A stretch of 64,000 bases of DNA from a virus. Location of the stretch: positions 16,616 to 80,615 of IMG/VR virus record IMGVR_UViG_3300025264_000007; one strand, given 5' to 3'. Positions 19,209 to 31,709 of the stretch are shown piece by piece (position 1 is the stretch's first letter; every line of letters begins with the position of its first letter). The position numbers and the translations under genes were made by a program. The notes below the pieces were generated by a model. That model worked only from the letters and a program-made list of their open reading frames with translations, was not told the DNA's origin and ran no database searches.

Positions 19209-19517
19209 TTAGGCTTGCCCTTTCGCCATCCGCACGAGGAGGCGATCCAGCGACTCGATCACAATTAACTGATTACTTGAGAGAGAATTGCTGCTGAGGA
19301 GGACGCGACTAAATTCGTGACGCTCGTCGAGATCGTCGGGCAGAAGCTCATCTTCTGTTTGTTTGCTCAGGTCGTGGGGGTAAATCGCTACCACATAATC
19401 GGGATTGAGGGCAACTTCCCTAATGCCATATTTTTTACCATATCTCACCGACGCCGTAATATCATTTTTTCCGTACGCCTGCAAGGCTTGTTGGTGTAGT
19501 TCCATAACCTTTATCAT
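19209..19517 (-). CDS. Phage hypothetical protein
   Basis: REVALNPDYVV...LDERHEFSRV. Confidence 0.7.
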   Translation of the reverse strand: MIKVMELHQQALQAYGKNDITASVRYGKKYGIREVALNPDYVVAIYPHDLSKQTEDELLPDDLDERHEFSRVLLSSNSLSSNQLIVIESLDRLLVRMAKGQA

Positions 19518-19518
19518 C

Positions 19519-19752
19519 TTATACCTCTTTACAGTCTATCTTGCGCGCCAGCCAGGGAGACCCCTGGTAAAGAACCTCATAATAGGGCTCGGATTCGGTA
19601 GCAATGCGCTGAGGAGCTTCGTCGCATACAACCACGACGAGGGGCTCGTTTACTTGAACGAAGTCATCCACCACGTTATCGCACTCCATCTTAATGAGAG
19701 TTACTGCCGAGGGAAGGAAAACCAAGTCGCCTTTTTTAGGAGTCATCGTCAT
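19519..19752 (-). CDS. SH3/KOW-like 'xGDLV' family protein
   Basis: KKGDLVF...YYEVLY. Confidence 0.65.
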   Translation of the reverse strand: MTMTPKKGDLVFLPSAVTLIKMECDNVVDDFVQVNEPLVVVVCDEAPQRIATESEPYYEVLYQGSPWLARKIDCKEV

Positions 19753-20122
19753 CGGGCACTTCCTCCTCTGTCATTTTTTGAACGAAGGCATCGAATCCCT
19801 TAAGCTGGCTGAGTGTCTCAGTGAGATCGCCGAGGTTGTGAATCGGTTGCCCTGGTGGGTCGGCGGCGGAGGTGGTCTCCGGGCTTCCTTCCAGCTTGGC
19901 TCGTTCAAAACTGAGAAGCATATCTTTATATTGCCGTAGCTGATGGGCTGCCTCATCCAAACGTTCCAGGGCCTCCTCAATGTCGTTGGCTAGAGAATCG
20001 GTGCCGGCAGCTTCTAGCTCTTCCACCGCTCTATTAAGACGGTAAGCCTCCTCTAACACCAGACACCTCATAGTGGCGGGTACGCGACCCACCTCTACTT
20101 CAAAGTTAATTGTTGCTCGCAT
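19736..20122 (-). CDS. Coiled-coil hypothetical protein
   Basis: SD AGGAG; heptad repeats. Confidence 0.7.
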   Translation of the reverse strand: MRATINFEVEVGRVPATMRCLVLEEAYRLNRAVEELEAAGTDSLANDIEEALERLDEAAHQLRQYKDMLLSFERAKLEGSPETTSAADPPGQPIHNLGDLTETLSQLKGFDAFVQKMTEEEVPDDDDS

Positions 20123-20176
20123 ATACTAATTTCTCCTTACTAGGATTATCTCTCACTCTTTACATTTTGTTAAGAG

Positions 20177-20821
20177 TTAGTTCTTTTTCTTTTTCTTCCG
20201 CTGTGCCGCCTTGAGGCAGCGGTCTTGCAGCCTGACCTTCTCTCCATTTACGAGGAGGGTTGAGGAGGCGTGGAGCCCGGTAGCGTGGTTCTCCATCACC
20301 AGACCAAACTGGTTGTGAAGTTTGCGGTTATTTACCAAATTGTAGTTGGCTCGGATGAGGCAGAGCGATCCAGCCGGGAAGGCAGGCGGCTCAGTCGCAG
20401 TAGCGATGGCCTTCTTGGCGTACTTGTTTTTGGCAATTGCTTCAAACTGGCGCTCGGTTGGAACGAAGTCCTCGTCAAGCAAAATCTTGCCGGATAGGTC
20501 GCTGAAGTATTGAGTTGTGCGATAGTATTTGGCGACGATGAGGGCAGTGGGGCGGTGGTGAGCCTTGTATGACTGAACCCAACGCTCGCGCTTCAGGACA
20601 GTCTCGGGAGAATAGCGTTGCTCCATGCGCTCAAAGCACTCAATCTGCTTGGGGCTCAACTTGCCGCCATCCCCGAACTGACGTTCCAGAGATTCCGCAA
20701 ACTGGCGATCCTTTTCAGACAGCTTCTTAGCCATCAAAGACTCAAAGCGAGCCTCGCCGTTCTCAACTTCAAGGCGTTCAGCACGTTGACGGCGGGGATA
20801 CATTTGGTGCCAGTATGACAT
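20177..20821 (-). CDS. Hypothetical protein with C-terminal SH3-like module
   Basis: Own promoter and SD GGAGG; FPAGSLC...GLVM. Confidence 0.75.
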   Translation of the reverse strand: MSYWHQMYPRRQRAERLEVENGEARFESLMAKKLSEKDRQFAESLERQFGDGGKLSPKQIECFERMEQRYSPETVLKRERWVQSYKAHHRPTALIVAKYYRTTQYFSDLSGKILLDEDFVPTERQFEAIAKNKYAKKAIATATEPPAFPAGSLCLIRANYNLVNNRKLHNQFGLVMENHATGLHASSTLLVNGEKVRLQDRCLKAAQRKKKKKN

Positions 20822-20842
20822 AGGGGTCTTTCCTCCATAACT

Positions 20843-20870
20843 ATATTAGCATGGATGGGGGGCATGTCAA
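20843..20870 (-). promoter_or_regulatory. sigma70-type promoter TTGACA-N16-TAATAT
   Basis: TTGACAtgccccccatccatgcTAATAT. Confidence 0.8.
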
Positions 20871-21014
20871 GTTTTTTTATTCCCCCCAGTCTTCCAGTAA
20901 TATTTGGTTTTTTTTAATATTTTCTCTAACTTCCTCGCACTTCTTCCAGCGATTGCGGTAATAAATCGCTCCCCCTAGAAAAATGAGTGAGAGAAATAAG
21001 CCCAACATTTCATA

Positions 21015-21488
21015 TTACTTCATCATCAGGTCCATGAAATGTTTGACCCACATAGCCCCAGCGGCGGTGGCAATTAACCAAATGACCTTGGTGATGCCTT
21101 CTTTCCAGCTTCTCAGTTCCGCCACTTCCATTTTGAGGTGTTCTACCTCTTCCAGATCTTTGTCTGCTTGGATCTTCCAGACTCCTAGTTCGCGTGCAAA
21201 TTCTAATGAAGGCTTGGCCTCGTTGACAAACTCCATGCGTCTATCCGATTCTACCTCCAGTTGCTTTACTCGGCTGAAGAGTCCCGAGTCGGGTTCATAA
21301 ATACTTTTCTTGATGCCGCGCATGCCTTGGAGCACCTCGTTTTGGGTTTCCTTGATGTGCGAGATCTCCATCAGGAGTTTATCAAATCCCCCATTTAAGG
21401 ATGATGCGCTGGCTAGTTTACACTCCATCTTGTCCACTTTGTGGAGAAGATTTTTTAGGATTTCTTCGCTCATTTTAATGACCCTCAC
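21015..21488 (-). CDS. Coiled-coil protein with C-terminal transmembrane helix
   Basis: Heptads followed by VIWLIATAAGAMW. Confidence 0.7.
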   Translation of the reverse strand: MRVIKMSEEILKNLLHKVDKMECKLASASSLNGGFDKLLMEISHIKETQNEVLQGMRGIKKSIYEPDSGLFSRVKQLEVESDRRMEFVNEAKPSLEFARELGVWKIQADKDLEEVEHLKMEVAELRSWKEGITKVIWLIATAAGAMWVKHFMDLMMK

Positions 21489-21566
21489 ATAAAAAAGACC
21501 AGCACAAAATATACTGATCTTTATGTATGAAACCGGCTGTTCTAATTAGTCGCTAGACTTGTGTTT

Positions 21567-23671
<2,105 letters not shown>

Positions 23672-23700
<29 letters not shown>

Positions 23701-24622
23701 TCTCCTTTACGTTTAAGATTAATATTTCATTAGATTTTCCCATCTTCTTGACAGTCGCTTGGGAAGCGGCATTGAGCAAATCCAAGATGGGGGTAATTAT
23801 CTCTTTATCTTTTAGCGCCTCGGAATTCTGGATCCCTTCCATCAGCGCAATACTCTTTTTGAGGTCACGGCGCACAGCTTTCTCTTCTGCGGTATAAATA
23901 TTCTTCATACCATAACTCCAAACAGGATACTCGATTTGATAATCTTTGTATAGTTCCAAAATTTCGGGATGGCGATTATATGAAATTGCCCAGTTATTCT
24001 TTTTCTTTATTTCTTTCGCGAACCTGAGATGATCGAAATCCTTATGCGTCGAACCCCTCTCACCGTATAGAGTAGAGTTTTCCAAAAGATATGGTGGGTC
24101 AGCGTAGATAAAAGTCTCATCGTCGTGCCTCCGTAAGCTGTCTTCAAAGTCTGCCTGCTCTACACTTAGAGAGTGACATACAAAGTTTTTTAGGCGGTCG
24201 ATGCTGCTTTGGGTAAACCTCTTCTCCGCGGCTTGGTTGGAGTATCCTGCACTCAGAGTGCATCCGCTAAATGAGGAGCGGTTCAAAGCATAGAACATAC
24301 AGGCCCGCTGCATGGCATCGTAATCTATCCAAGCCTGTTTCTTAAGAAAATCTGAGAACATTTTGGGGGTGCAAGGATGGAACGACGTCTCAAGAAGAGT
24401 GGCGACTGCTTCTGGCTGTGTCAAAACATGCTGCCAGAAGTTGGTGAGAGGCTCAAAGATATCGTAGCCATGAACTCTGACGCCCTGAGAGGCGTAATGA
24501 ATTTCAATGGAACCACCGCCAAAAAAGGGACTGACAATTTCTGTCAGGTCTTTTGGGAAATATTTGGTTATTTCTTTGAGTGCTCTTGTTTTACCACCGG
24601 GGTATCTTAAGAGAGATTTCAA
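23672..24622 (-). CDS. dam: DNA adenine methyltransferase (Dam/D12 family)
   Basis: RYPGGK, PFFGGGS, LNRSSFSG, DPPY. Confidence 0.93.
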
Positions 24623-24647
24623 TCTTCCTCGCTTTCTTAGTCTGATT

Positions 24648-26318
24648 CTACCACGGTTCGCCCGTTGGCTTAATAGAGCTAAATACCCGAGAAGCGTACT
24701 TCATTCTAATTTTGGCTAGCTTGGTTCCTTCGCTATCAGAAATTCCTATTGCATCTCTTCCTACCGGGGAAAATGTGAACCCTTGAGTCTCATTGTTGAT
24801 ATCTTGTGCTTTTTTCGTGGCTTTGCTAATGGTGGCGCTGTAGGGCGTCTTCTTTCCGCGCCCGGTCACTTGAATCCACGGAGGAGTTAAAGCGTCGCCT
24901 TCTTGCCTCACCCAAAAATACAAAAAGTGCTCTTTAAAGTCATCAAGAGCCATGTTGGTGTAAGTGTCGAGCACTTGATCTCGCGCATACTCCAACAACT
25001 GTCCCCCTGCCGTCTTTAGGTTCTTCAATAAAATGGGAGCCAGGTTCCCCATCCCCGTGGCTGAGAAAGGTGATATACCCTTGAGAGAGGGGTCATACCC
25101 TTCGTCGTTGGGGTCATCGATTGGGTTAATAGTTTTTTCGAGACGCTTTACAAAAAGTTTAAGGGCCTGCGCGCTCAGAGACCGGTATTCACCCGTTCCC
25201 TTTCCCTTTTTTTGGATTTCCTTTCCTAGCATCATCGAAAGAGCTTCAGCATATTTGCCAGGGTGCTTGGCTAGGTGGGCATTCACAGTGTTTAAAACTG
25301 CCGTTCTGAGTTCCTCGCGCTTCTTTTCAATAGCGTAATATGATTTTTGTCCGGGAATTCCTAAGATTGTTTGTTTTAAATCCAGCCGAATCCCCGCTTT
25401 CATCTGTTTTGTGGTGATCCCCCCAACAGGATCCAAAAGACTGCCGATGCCCCGGTTCGCCCAGGCGATATCAGCCTTCTTTTGTTTAGTAGATTTGGCC
25501 GAAATTCCAAGAAAGTAGCCACCCCCAGCTAACTTACTTGGCTTCTTGTATTGAACGACGACGTCGGAAGGGTTCAACCGTTGGTCAACGGTTTTGCCGG
25601 GTTCCGGTGTGGGGCTGTCAGCCCCATAGATAAACTCGCCGAGGGAGCCTTTGCGTGCGGTCCATGCCACTCGGGCGACGTTGTTCGTGTACCCCCCCTG
25701 GTTCAACAGGTCATACATCGCCTGAGCCCTTCCCTTCTGGGCGTCGAGGCGTTTCTCATAATTCTTGGGGAACATCGCCTCAAGCTCATCTTCTCTTTGG
25801 GTGAGTGTCGCCTTGGCATCTCCGCCATGGGAGAAAATATTATCATAAGTGGAGCCATTAAGAAGATACGCTAAGTGGATCTCATTAATGTCACCCTCTA
25901 AGGTTTGTTCTGCTGCTTCCGCGAGCAACTCTTCCACCACCACATCAACGAACTCATGTAGATTATTCAGACCTTCCCCGATTTTAATCGTGAGGGGAAG
26001 TTTAGCCTTCTCTTGAACGATCGCCGTCATCAACGCTGGAGAATGGTAGCGCAACTCTTCATCTACGTCAGGGCATCCGCAACTCTCAACCGCCCCCTTA
26101 ACGTAGTCATCGACGCTGGCGGCACAGCCGCCATCTAAAAATAAATTCTGGCTAAAGATTTCTTGCTGATGATCCGTAAGCGTATCCCAATTGGGATATT
26201 GCATCCCGTTCATTTTAAGCCGACGATCTAGCTCTCTCACCTTGTCGCTGAATTCATTATGAACCGCTGGGTGACTCCCTATGTTAGCTACGTTTTCTGG
26301 CTTAAAGTTGGCATACAT
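24648..26318 (-). CDS. Large hypothetical protein with PD-(D/E)xK-like nuclease motif
   Basis: NEI...PSDVVV...GISAK; immediately upstream of dam. Confidence 0.5.
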   Translation of the reverse strand: MYANFKPENVANIGSHPAVHNEFSDKVRELDRRLKMNGMQYPNWDTLTDHQQEIFSQNLFLDGGCAASVDDYVKGAVESCGCPDVDEELRYHSPALMTAIVQEKAKLPLTIKIGEGLNNLHEFVDVVVEELLAEAAEQTLEGDINEIHLAYLLNGSTYDNIFSHGGDAKATLTQREDELEAMFPKNYEKRLDAQKGRAQAMYDLLNQGGYTNNVARVAWTARKGSLGEFIYGADSPTPEPGKTVDQRLNPSDVVVQYKKPSKLAGGGYFLGISAKSTKQKKADIAWANRGIGSLLDPVGGITTKQMKAGIRLDLKQTILGIPGQKSYYAIEKKREELRTAVLNTVNAHLAKHPGKYAEALSMMLGKEIQKKGKGTGEYRSLSAQALKLFVKRLEKTINPIDDPNDEGYDPSLKGISPFSATGMGNLAPILLKNLKTAGGQLLEYARDQVLDTYTNMALDDFKEHFLYFWVRQEGDALTPPWIQVTGRGKKTPYSATISKATKKAQDINNETQGFTFSPVGRDAIGISDSEGTKLAKIRMKYASRVFSSIKPTGEPW

Positions 26319-26809
26319 TACAGATTGTTAATTTCGCTTTGGATCATGGTGCGCAGGGAGTGGATGGACTCTGTCTTTGCTTTCTTTTCTTTCTCTGCTT
26401 TTTCCATCGACTCGTCCTCGTCACCATCCTTGTCCAAGTCAAGGAAGTCGGGCTTCTTGGCTTCGGTGCGTTGTCCCGGTGACAACTCGTCAGCGCGGCT
26501 TTTGATTCGGCGCATCAAGTCATTGACTAACTCATATATCTCGTGCTCCTCTGTTCCGTCAAGGTAAGGAATAAAATCATCGCGAAGAGAATACATCATG
26601 CCTTGCAGTTGATGAAGGGCAACTCTGTCTCCCCCCATGCGTCCCACGGTCAGATGCTTGGGAATAGCTTTTCCTTCTTCTGACCAGCGATTAATGTTTT
26701 GCATGAGGGCATTAGGTGGAGCGGCGGGGCGCACCTCTTCATGAAGAGATTGGTATTCCTCTTTGATGATTTGTGCTAACCGTGCTTTGGTAATTTTATA
26801 TTGGGACAT
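26318..26809 (-). CDS. Putative internal head protein
   Basis: KITKARLAQIIKEE leader; DLDKDGD EF-hand-like motif. Confidence 0.55.
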   Translation of the reverse strand: MSQYKITKARLAQIIKEEYQSLHEEVRPAAPPNALMQNINRWSEEGKAIPKHLTVGRMGGDRVALHQLQGMMYSLRDDFIPYLDGTEEHEIYELVNDLMRRIKSRADELSPGQRTEAKKPDFLDLDKDGDEDESMEKAEKEKKAKTESIHSLRTMIQSEINNL

Positions 26810-26849
26810 TATTTATTTTCTCCTTGTGAGATGACCTATCTATAAATAG

Positions 26850-27563
26850 TCACTTATCTAGGTGATTTCTCAATTCTTCTTCAGTTAATAGTGTATACGA
26901 AAATGAGTTGCCGTATAGATCCGCCGACTGCTTACAAAGGCTGACGAACTCATCATAATCTTTCACCCGTTTAAACACTTGGCAACCCGCACTCCACTTG
27001 TTGACAATATACGATTCTGTGTAAGGATTGCTCCGATGGATATTGATCCCAAAGAAGCCCTGGTTAACGTGACACTCCATGCGCTGATAATCAATCACGT
27101 CATCTTTGTTGTTGTCGCGCCACACTCCCACCTTTTGGCGCTGAACTAGGGCTTCATATCTTCCCTGGTGTTTTCCAAGTTGCCAGCCTCCTCGGTATTG
27201 GTTGGGAACCAAGACAGCCGTTCCCTGGGGATTCATGGGGTTTTCTAGCCAATACTTGCCCGGATCAGTCGTGATGGAGTATCTTTTCTGAATCATCAAC
27301 TCTTCTTCTCGGTAGAGCACCAGCATAAAATCATCAAACTCGTTGGTGCCTTGGTTGTCGCGGCGCACCCCTATTAAATTTAAGTTTAGTTTTTTGTTTG
27401 CCCCGTCGAAAAAGACGTAGCCTTTCGCTTTCATCAGCGACATAATATTTGGGGAAGTTAGGAGTTCTTCTAGTGACTTAGGTGGGCTCTTCGGGGCCCG
27501 TGGGTTTTGCGGCTTTCGCAGCAAGTTCATTAGAAGATTTAATAATTGAGTTAACAAGTTCAT
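26850..27563 (-). CDS. Putative cell-wall enzyme (L,D-transpeptidase-like motif)
   Basis: GINIHR...WSAGCQ resembles the YkuD H...SxGC motif. Confidence 0.55.
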   Translation of the reverse strand: MNLLTQLLNLLMNLLRKPQNPRAPKSPPKSLEELLTSPNIMSLMKAKGYVFFDGANKKLNLNLIGVRRDNQGTNEFDDFMLVLYREEELMIQKRYSITTDPGKYWLENPMNPQGTAVLVPNQYRGGWQLGKHQGRYEALVQRQKVGVWRDNNKDDVIDYQRMECHVNQGFFGINIHRSNPYTESYIVNKWSAGCQVFKRVKDYDEFVSLCKQSADLYGNSFSYTLLTEEELRNHLDK

Positions 27564-27837
27564 TCATTTCCGTGTCGGGTTTCATCTTATAGAGCAACTC
27601 GCTGCCGTCTTCCTTGAATTCTAATTCTGCGGTTCCTAGTTTGTAATACATTAACATCGTTAAATAGGCTGGCAGGTTAAAATCGGGGTCATCTTGGACT
27701 TGGCGGTGTATCCATCTCATTACCCGAGCGGCAAAGAAAGCTTTCTCGGCGTGGATCACATTGTCGTCGCCTTCCTTAATATAACCTTCTTCCTCTAAAA
27801 GTTTAATGACATTAAATGTCAACTTTTCCTCGCTCAT
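27478..27837 (-). CDS. Hypothetical protein
   Basis: ORF track (start revised to MSEEK). Confidence 0.6.
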   Translation of the reverse strand: MSEEKLTFNVIKLLEEEGYIKEGDDNVIHAEKAFFAARVMRWIHRQVQDDPDFNLPAYLTMLMYYKLGTAELEFKEDGSELLYKMKPDTEMNELVNSIIKSSNELAAKAAKPTGPEEPT

Positions 27838-28741
27838 CTCGCATCTTCTGAATGCGGTCGGCGGCTTGCTGGCTTCCACGGAAACCTTCGGGTCCGCCGG
27901 GCTCTAAGGTCGTGACGCCTCGGATCTCCAATTCGTCTTCAATCCACGCTTGTCCGATGGGGTTGCCCACCGGGGCTGTGACAAACCCCATGGCGGCATC
28001 AACAATCGCATCTTCGGGAGGGCCAAACTCTGTGTTGTCCACGACAACAAAGTTGTCCCCGAAGAGTTCAGCGTAGGCATCTTTATTATCTTGTACGTCT
28101 TGCCACATCTGCCGCACCCCATCTTCGGGGAGTTTGCGGGATCGGGCTGCGTTTCTTTCTAGGGCTACTTCCATAGTAGTATCCACGAACAACATCAGCG
28201 TGTCATACCCCAGCGATTCCATCGCTTCTTTTTGTCCCAGTGTTTTCTTGTAGCGGCGGCCTGTTCCGTCAACGAGCAACCCAAGTCTTCCACTTGTGTA
28301 AAATGCTTTAAGTGCATTGAGTTGGTCTTTGGCTACGTTACGAATAGAGTCGGGGCTTGCGCCCTGAATAGCATCCCAAACGGCTGGGTCTGTTTGTTCA
28401 ATGGTGGCAAGGTCGCTTGGGCTGATCCCGGCTTTGTTTAGACCCCTCTCAAATAATCTATCAGAATTAACATACTTGAGCCCAGTGTTCCCCAGGAACG
28501 AGGCGTTCTCAAAAGTGCTAGCACCTTTGGAGTTGCGCATCCCAAAAACCAAGTCAGCTACAAAAGATTTGCCGCTGCCGGGTCCGCCCGCTGTAAAGAC
28601 ACACTTAAGGATGCCTCGATCAAAGACGCCCTCCTCCAGAGTCTCGGGCTGCTCAAGCAGCCACTTAAGTTTTTCGGGCTGATACGAAGAAACGACCTCC
28701 TTGATCAAATCACGAAGGTCGTCTTCTTGGAAACGATTCAT
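27812..28741 (-). CDS. Zeta-toxin-like/AAA_33 P-loop kinase
   Basis: AGGPGSGKS, VNSD, VDGTG, ALERNAARSR lid. Confidence 0.8.
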   Translation of the reverse strand: MNRFQEDDLRDLIKEVVSSYQPEKLKWLLEQPETLEEGVFDRGILKCVFTAGGPGSGKSFVADLVFGMRNSKGASTFENASFLGNTGLKYVNSDRLFERGLNKAGISPSDLATIEQTDPAVWDAIQGASPDSIRNVAKDQLNALKAFYTSGRLGLLVDGTGRRYKKTLGQKEAMESLGYDTLMLFVDTTMEVALERNAARSRKLPEDGVRQMWQDVQDNKDAYAELFGDNFVVVDNTEFGPPEDAIVDAAMGFVTAPVGNPIGQAWIEDELEIRGVTTLEPGGPEGFRGSQQAADRIQKMRDERGKVDI

Positions 28742-28758
28742 TATTTTCTCCCGAAGGA

Positions 28759-29433
28759 TTACTTGCGTCGCAGGAGTCGTTCGACCACTCGTTTAAGAAC
28801 TGCTTCGGTGAGTTCCTCGTCATCAATGACCTCAAGATCGAGAGCCTCATCCTTGCGGTTGTTGACGAAGGCGTCGTCGCCCTTCTTCTCGCCACGACCC
28901 TTTCCGCTGGTCTTTTTCTTTGTTCCCTCGGCTCCGCGCTCTTCGGCTCCCTTGCGCATATCTTCGCCGGGCTTTTCCTTCTTGGCGGTGTAATCCTTGT
29001 CTTCCCCAATGTCGCGACGGTTGTAGGCGCGGCGGTTGCCAGCATCGTCTCCCATATCCATTTCTTCATCGGCAGCGTCATCAAGCTCATCCGACACATC
29101 CATGCCCATATCCATCTCGTCGTCAGCGGCTTCGTCAGCGGCTTCGTCACCGGCCTCGCCTTCGACTTCAATCTCGACTCCCGTTTCCGAGGAAATAGCA
29201 TCCACCACGGCGGCGACGATGCGTTCAACCGCTTCTTCTTCGCCCACGTCTGCGGCAGCTTCTTCGCCTGCTTCCATCTCGGCTTCGCCGGCTTCGACCT
29301 CGTCTTCCGCAGCCCCCATCTCGTCTTCCATGTCGTCTTGCTCGTCGAGCCAGTTCTCCGTGAGCGGTGCCATGTTGGCAAGCTTGCCCCAACGGCGCAA
29401 AACACGTTCGTTCAAAAGAGTCTTCTTGGTCAT
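28759..29433 (-). CDS. Highly acidic scaffold/core-like head protein
   Basis: Glu/Asp-rich; LNE, LTE motifs. Confidence 0.55.
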   Translation of the reverse strand: MTKKTLLNERVLRRWGKLANMAPLTENWLDEQDDMEDEMGAAEDEVEAGEAEMEAGEEAAADVGEEEAVERIVAAVVDAISSETGVEIEVEGEAGDEAADEAADDEMDMGMDVSDELDDAADEEMDMGDDAGNRRAYNRRDIGEDKDYTAKKEKPGEDMRKGAEERGAEGTKKKTSGKGRGEKKGDDAFVNNRKDEALDLEVIDDEELTEAVLKRVVERLLRRK

Positions 29434-29501
29434 TATAATAATCTCCTTAAATGATTGGGTCATCAATCATTATTAAGTAGTTTGCCAATAGGGAAAAGCA
29501 C

Positions 29502-29834
29502 CTATTCTTCCTCAAAATCTTCAAAAACGCCGGCCCCCTTAAGTTTCTTAAAAGCCGCATGTTCGATCTGGCTAATCCTAGGAAAGCTTACCCCCATGCG
29601 TTCCGCCACTTCTCGCAGGCTTAATCCGTTGTCATGCTTGCGCGCACAAACCACAGCACAATTCAAGTCTTCGCTGTGGTTCATCCAGTTCCTGCACGCT
29701 GTTGCGTCACACTCCACTCTCCATTTTTCATGCACCTCAAAACAGGTGGGGTCGGGGCTATACTGAGTTTCAAATTCTGTAGGGTCTTTGTCTTTTTCTT
29801 GTTGCTGAGTTTTAGGATCTTTACGATAAAACAT
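29502..29834 (-). CDS. Sigma70 region-4 HTH protein with Cys-rich N-terminus
   Basis: LSLREVAERMGVSFPRISQIEHAAFKKL. Confidence 0.85.
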   Translation of the reverse strand: MFYRKDPKTQQQEKDKDPTEFETQYSPDPTCFEVHEKWRVECDATACRNWMNHSEDLNCAVVCARKHDNGLSLREVAERMGVSFPRISQIEHAAFKKLKGAGVFEDFEEE

Positions 29835-30893
29835 TTATTTTCTCCGAGCGTTGTAGGTGTTGAGAATGTGGGCTCCACTCTCGTGAGTTCCGGCAGAAGT
29901 TTGCCTCGCCCATTCTACCTTATATCGGAGTTCTGTCAAGTTTCGTGCCCCCGAATAAGAGAGCCCACTTTTTATACCTCCTCTCAACTCTAAGAGAATA
30001 TCCCCCACATTTCCTTTGTAAGGAATATAAGAAGCCACTCCCTCGGGAGTGGATGACTTGTTGCGCCAGTCGAGTTGAGCATCTTTGGAAGCCATTCCCC
30101 GATATTCTTTTACGGGATAGCCGTCGGGATGGTAAGCCACTGCCCCAGGAGTTTCGGTGGTTCCCGCAAGCAGGGATCCACACATCACGAAGTCAGCGCC
30201 AGCGGCTAAGGCTTTGACGATATCTCCGGAGCTTTTGATTCCTCCGTCTGCGATGATCGCGACGTCTCGGTCAGTTCTCGCGCAATCAAAGATGGTCTGG
30301 AGACCTGGGACGCCATGCCCAGTAACCACACGAGTAGAACAGATGGAACCCCCACCAATATTACAACGTATAGAATCAGCACCCCAGTCGGCAAGATCAT
30401 TGACCCCCTCTAAGGTACATACGTTGCCCGCCATAATATGGATATGATTATCGTATTCTTCCCTCAAATTCTTGAGGGCTTCCTTCATCAAGATGTGATG
30501 ACCGTGGGCAACATCTACGCAGAGGGTGTCTACCCCAGCCGCCACCAGGGCTGCGGCTCGTCTCATGTAATCGTCGGTCACGCCGATGGCTGCTGCGACG
30601 TTGCCAGACCAGTCGGTCTGCTGAATAGCGTGTTGAGCCATCTTCGCCTGTTCTTCTACCGTATGGTACCTGTGAAGAATTGCCATACCTCCAGCGTTGT
30701 TCATGGCAATAGCCATAGCATCTTCGGATACGGTGTCCATCGGCGATGCGATGATGGGGAGTTCTAAAACTTTTCCTCTCCCCAGGTCGCTTGATATATC
30801 TACCTCGCTTCTGCTCTTGATATCGCTGTATTGCGGTACCATCAGCATATCGTCGTAGGTGACTGCTTCTTTAAATTTCATTGGATTGCCCAT
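29835..30893 (-). CDS. guaB: IMP dehydrogenase/GMP reductase (no CBS domains)
   Basis: SPMDTV, DVAHGH, IGGGSICSTR, ADGGI, YRGMAS. Confidence 0.9.
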   Translation of the reverse strand: MGNPMKFKEAVTYDDMLMVPQYSDIKSRSEVDISSDLGRGKVLELPIIASPMDTVSEDAMAIAMNNAGGMAILHRYHTVEEQAKMAQHAIQQTDWSGNVAAAIGVTDDYMRRAAALVAAGVDTLCVDVAHGHHILMKEALKNLREEYDNHIHIMAGNVCTLEGVNDLADWGADSIRCNIGGGSICSTRVVTGHGVPGLQTIFDCARTDRDVAIIADGGIKSSGDIVKALAAGADFVMCGSLLAGTTETPGAVAYHPDGYPVKEYRGMASKDAQLDWRNKSSTPEGVASYIPYKGNVGDILLELRGGIKSGLSYSGARNLTELRYKVEWARQTSAGTHESGAHILNTYNARRK

Positions 30894-31152
30894 CTGCCAA
30901 TTCCTTGGCTTGTTGTTGGCAGTCAGGGCAAAATAACCTGACTAATTTTTCTTGGTTTCTTACTGATACGCGCCAACTCATGTGAGCTTCACGCGTCTTG
31001 GGAAAATCTTTATTGCAACCCGAGCACTGCTCAGGCAGTTGACTGAAGAGGGTTAGCTGTGACTTCATGCGGATGGCAGCGTCTTGAGCTTTCCTCTTCT
31101 CTTTCTTTTTCTTGTTGGCTCGCTTGAGCTTCTTTTTATGTTTTTTATCCAT
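30871..31152 (-). CDS. Basic zinc-finger protein
   Basis: CSGC...CPDC; start revised to MDKKH. Confidence 0.65.
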   Translation of the reverse strand: MDKKHKKKLKRANKKKKEKRKAQDAAIRMKSQLTLFSQLPEQCSGCNKDFPKTREAHMSWRVSVRNQEKLVRLFCPDCQQQAKELADGQSNEI

Positions 31153-31663
31153 TGACCACCTCAAAGGGTTCGGTGCGATACTCTGCCAGCCAGTTCGGAA
31201 CCTTGTCGGCTGGGTACCGTAAGCGCGGCTTGGATGCGTAGAACTTGCGGTAAGATACAACCGGGTTGGCTGACCTGAATTTCTCAGGCATCGCAAGTCG
31301 TAGGGGCGTGGGGCGCTGAGTGGGGAATCGCTCCCCATCAAACAAGATGACAATGCGATGAAGAACTTCGGAGCACTTGTGAGTCTTGTTGAACCGGCGA
31401 CCATACTCCGCGATCATAGCGTCGCAGTGAACGACCAGCGACATAAAATTTGCGGCGGACTCCGCTGCCCACATACATGATGGGTGCTTGGGGTTGAACG
31501 AGCGATAAGGAGCGTCAAGCCCCTGCTCGTTGAGAACTGTAGATAAAATCTGACACGATTCTAAAATCATTTTAACCACGCGGAGGTTGTCTTGTGACTC
31601 CGCTGACTTGATCCAGTCAATCTCGCCGGTATCGGCGTTGCCCTCAATAGCAAAGATGTTCAT
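31145..31663 (-). CDS. Pyrimidine-dimer DNA glycosylase (DenV/PDG-like)
   Basis: MNIF...VVKMILESCQILST...HPSCMW...YRKFY. Confidence 0.8.
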   Translation of the reverse strand: MNIFAIEGNADTGEIDWIKSAESQDNLRVVKMILESCQILSTVLNEQGLDAPYRSFNPKHPSCMWAAESAANFMSLVVHCDAMIAEYGRRFNKTHKCSEVLHRIVILFDGERFPTQRPTPLRLAMPEKFRSANPVVSYRKFYASKPRLRYPADKVPNWLAEYRTEPFEVVNG

Positions 31664-31681
31664 AAGTTCTCCATAGATACG

Positions 31682-31709
31682 ACTATAGCACTTATCCTGC
31701 AAAGGTCAA
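31682..31709 (-). promoter_or_regulatory. sigma70-type promoter TTGACC-N16-TATAGT (-35 overlaps the FtsH stop)
   Basis: Seen directly in the sequence. Confidence 0.7.

Noticed and set aside
29115-29150. Tandem 12-bp repeat
   Set aside because: It encodes the low-complexity DEAA repeat in the acidic protein.
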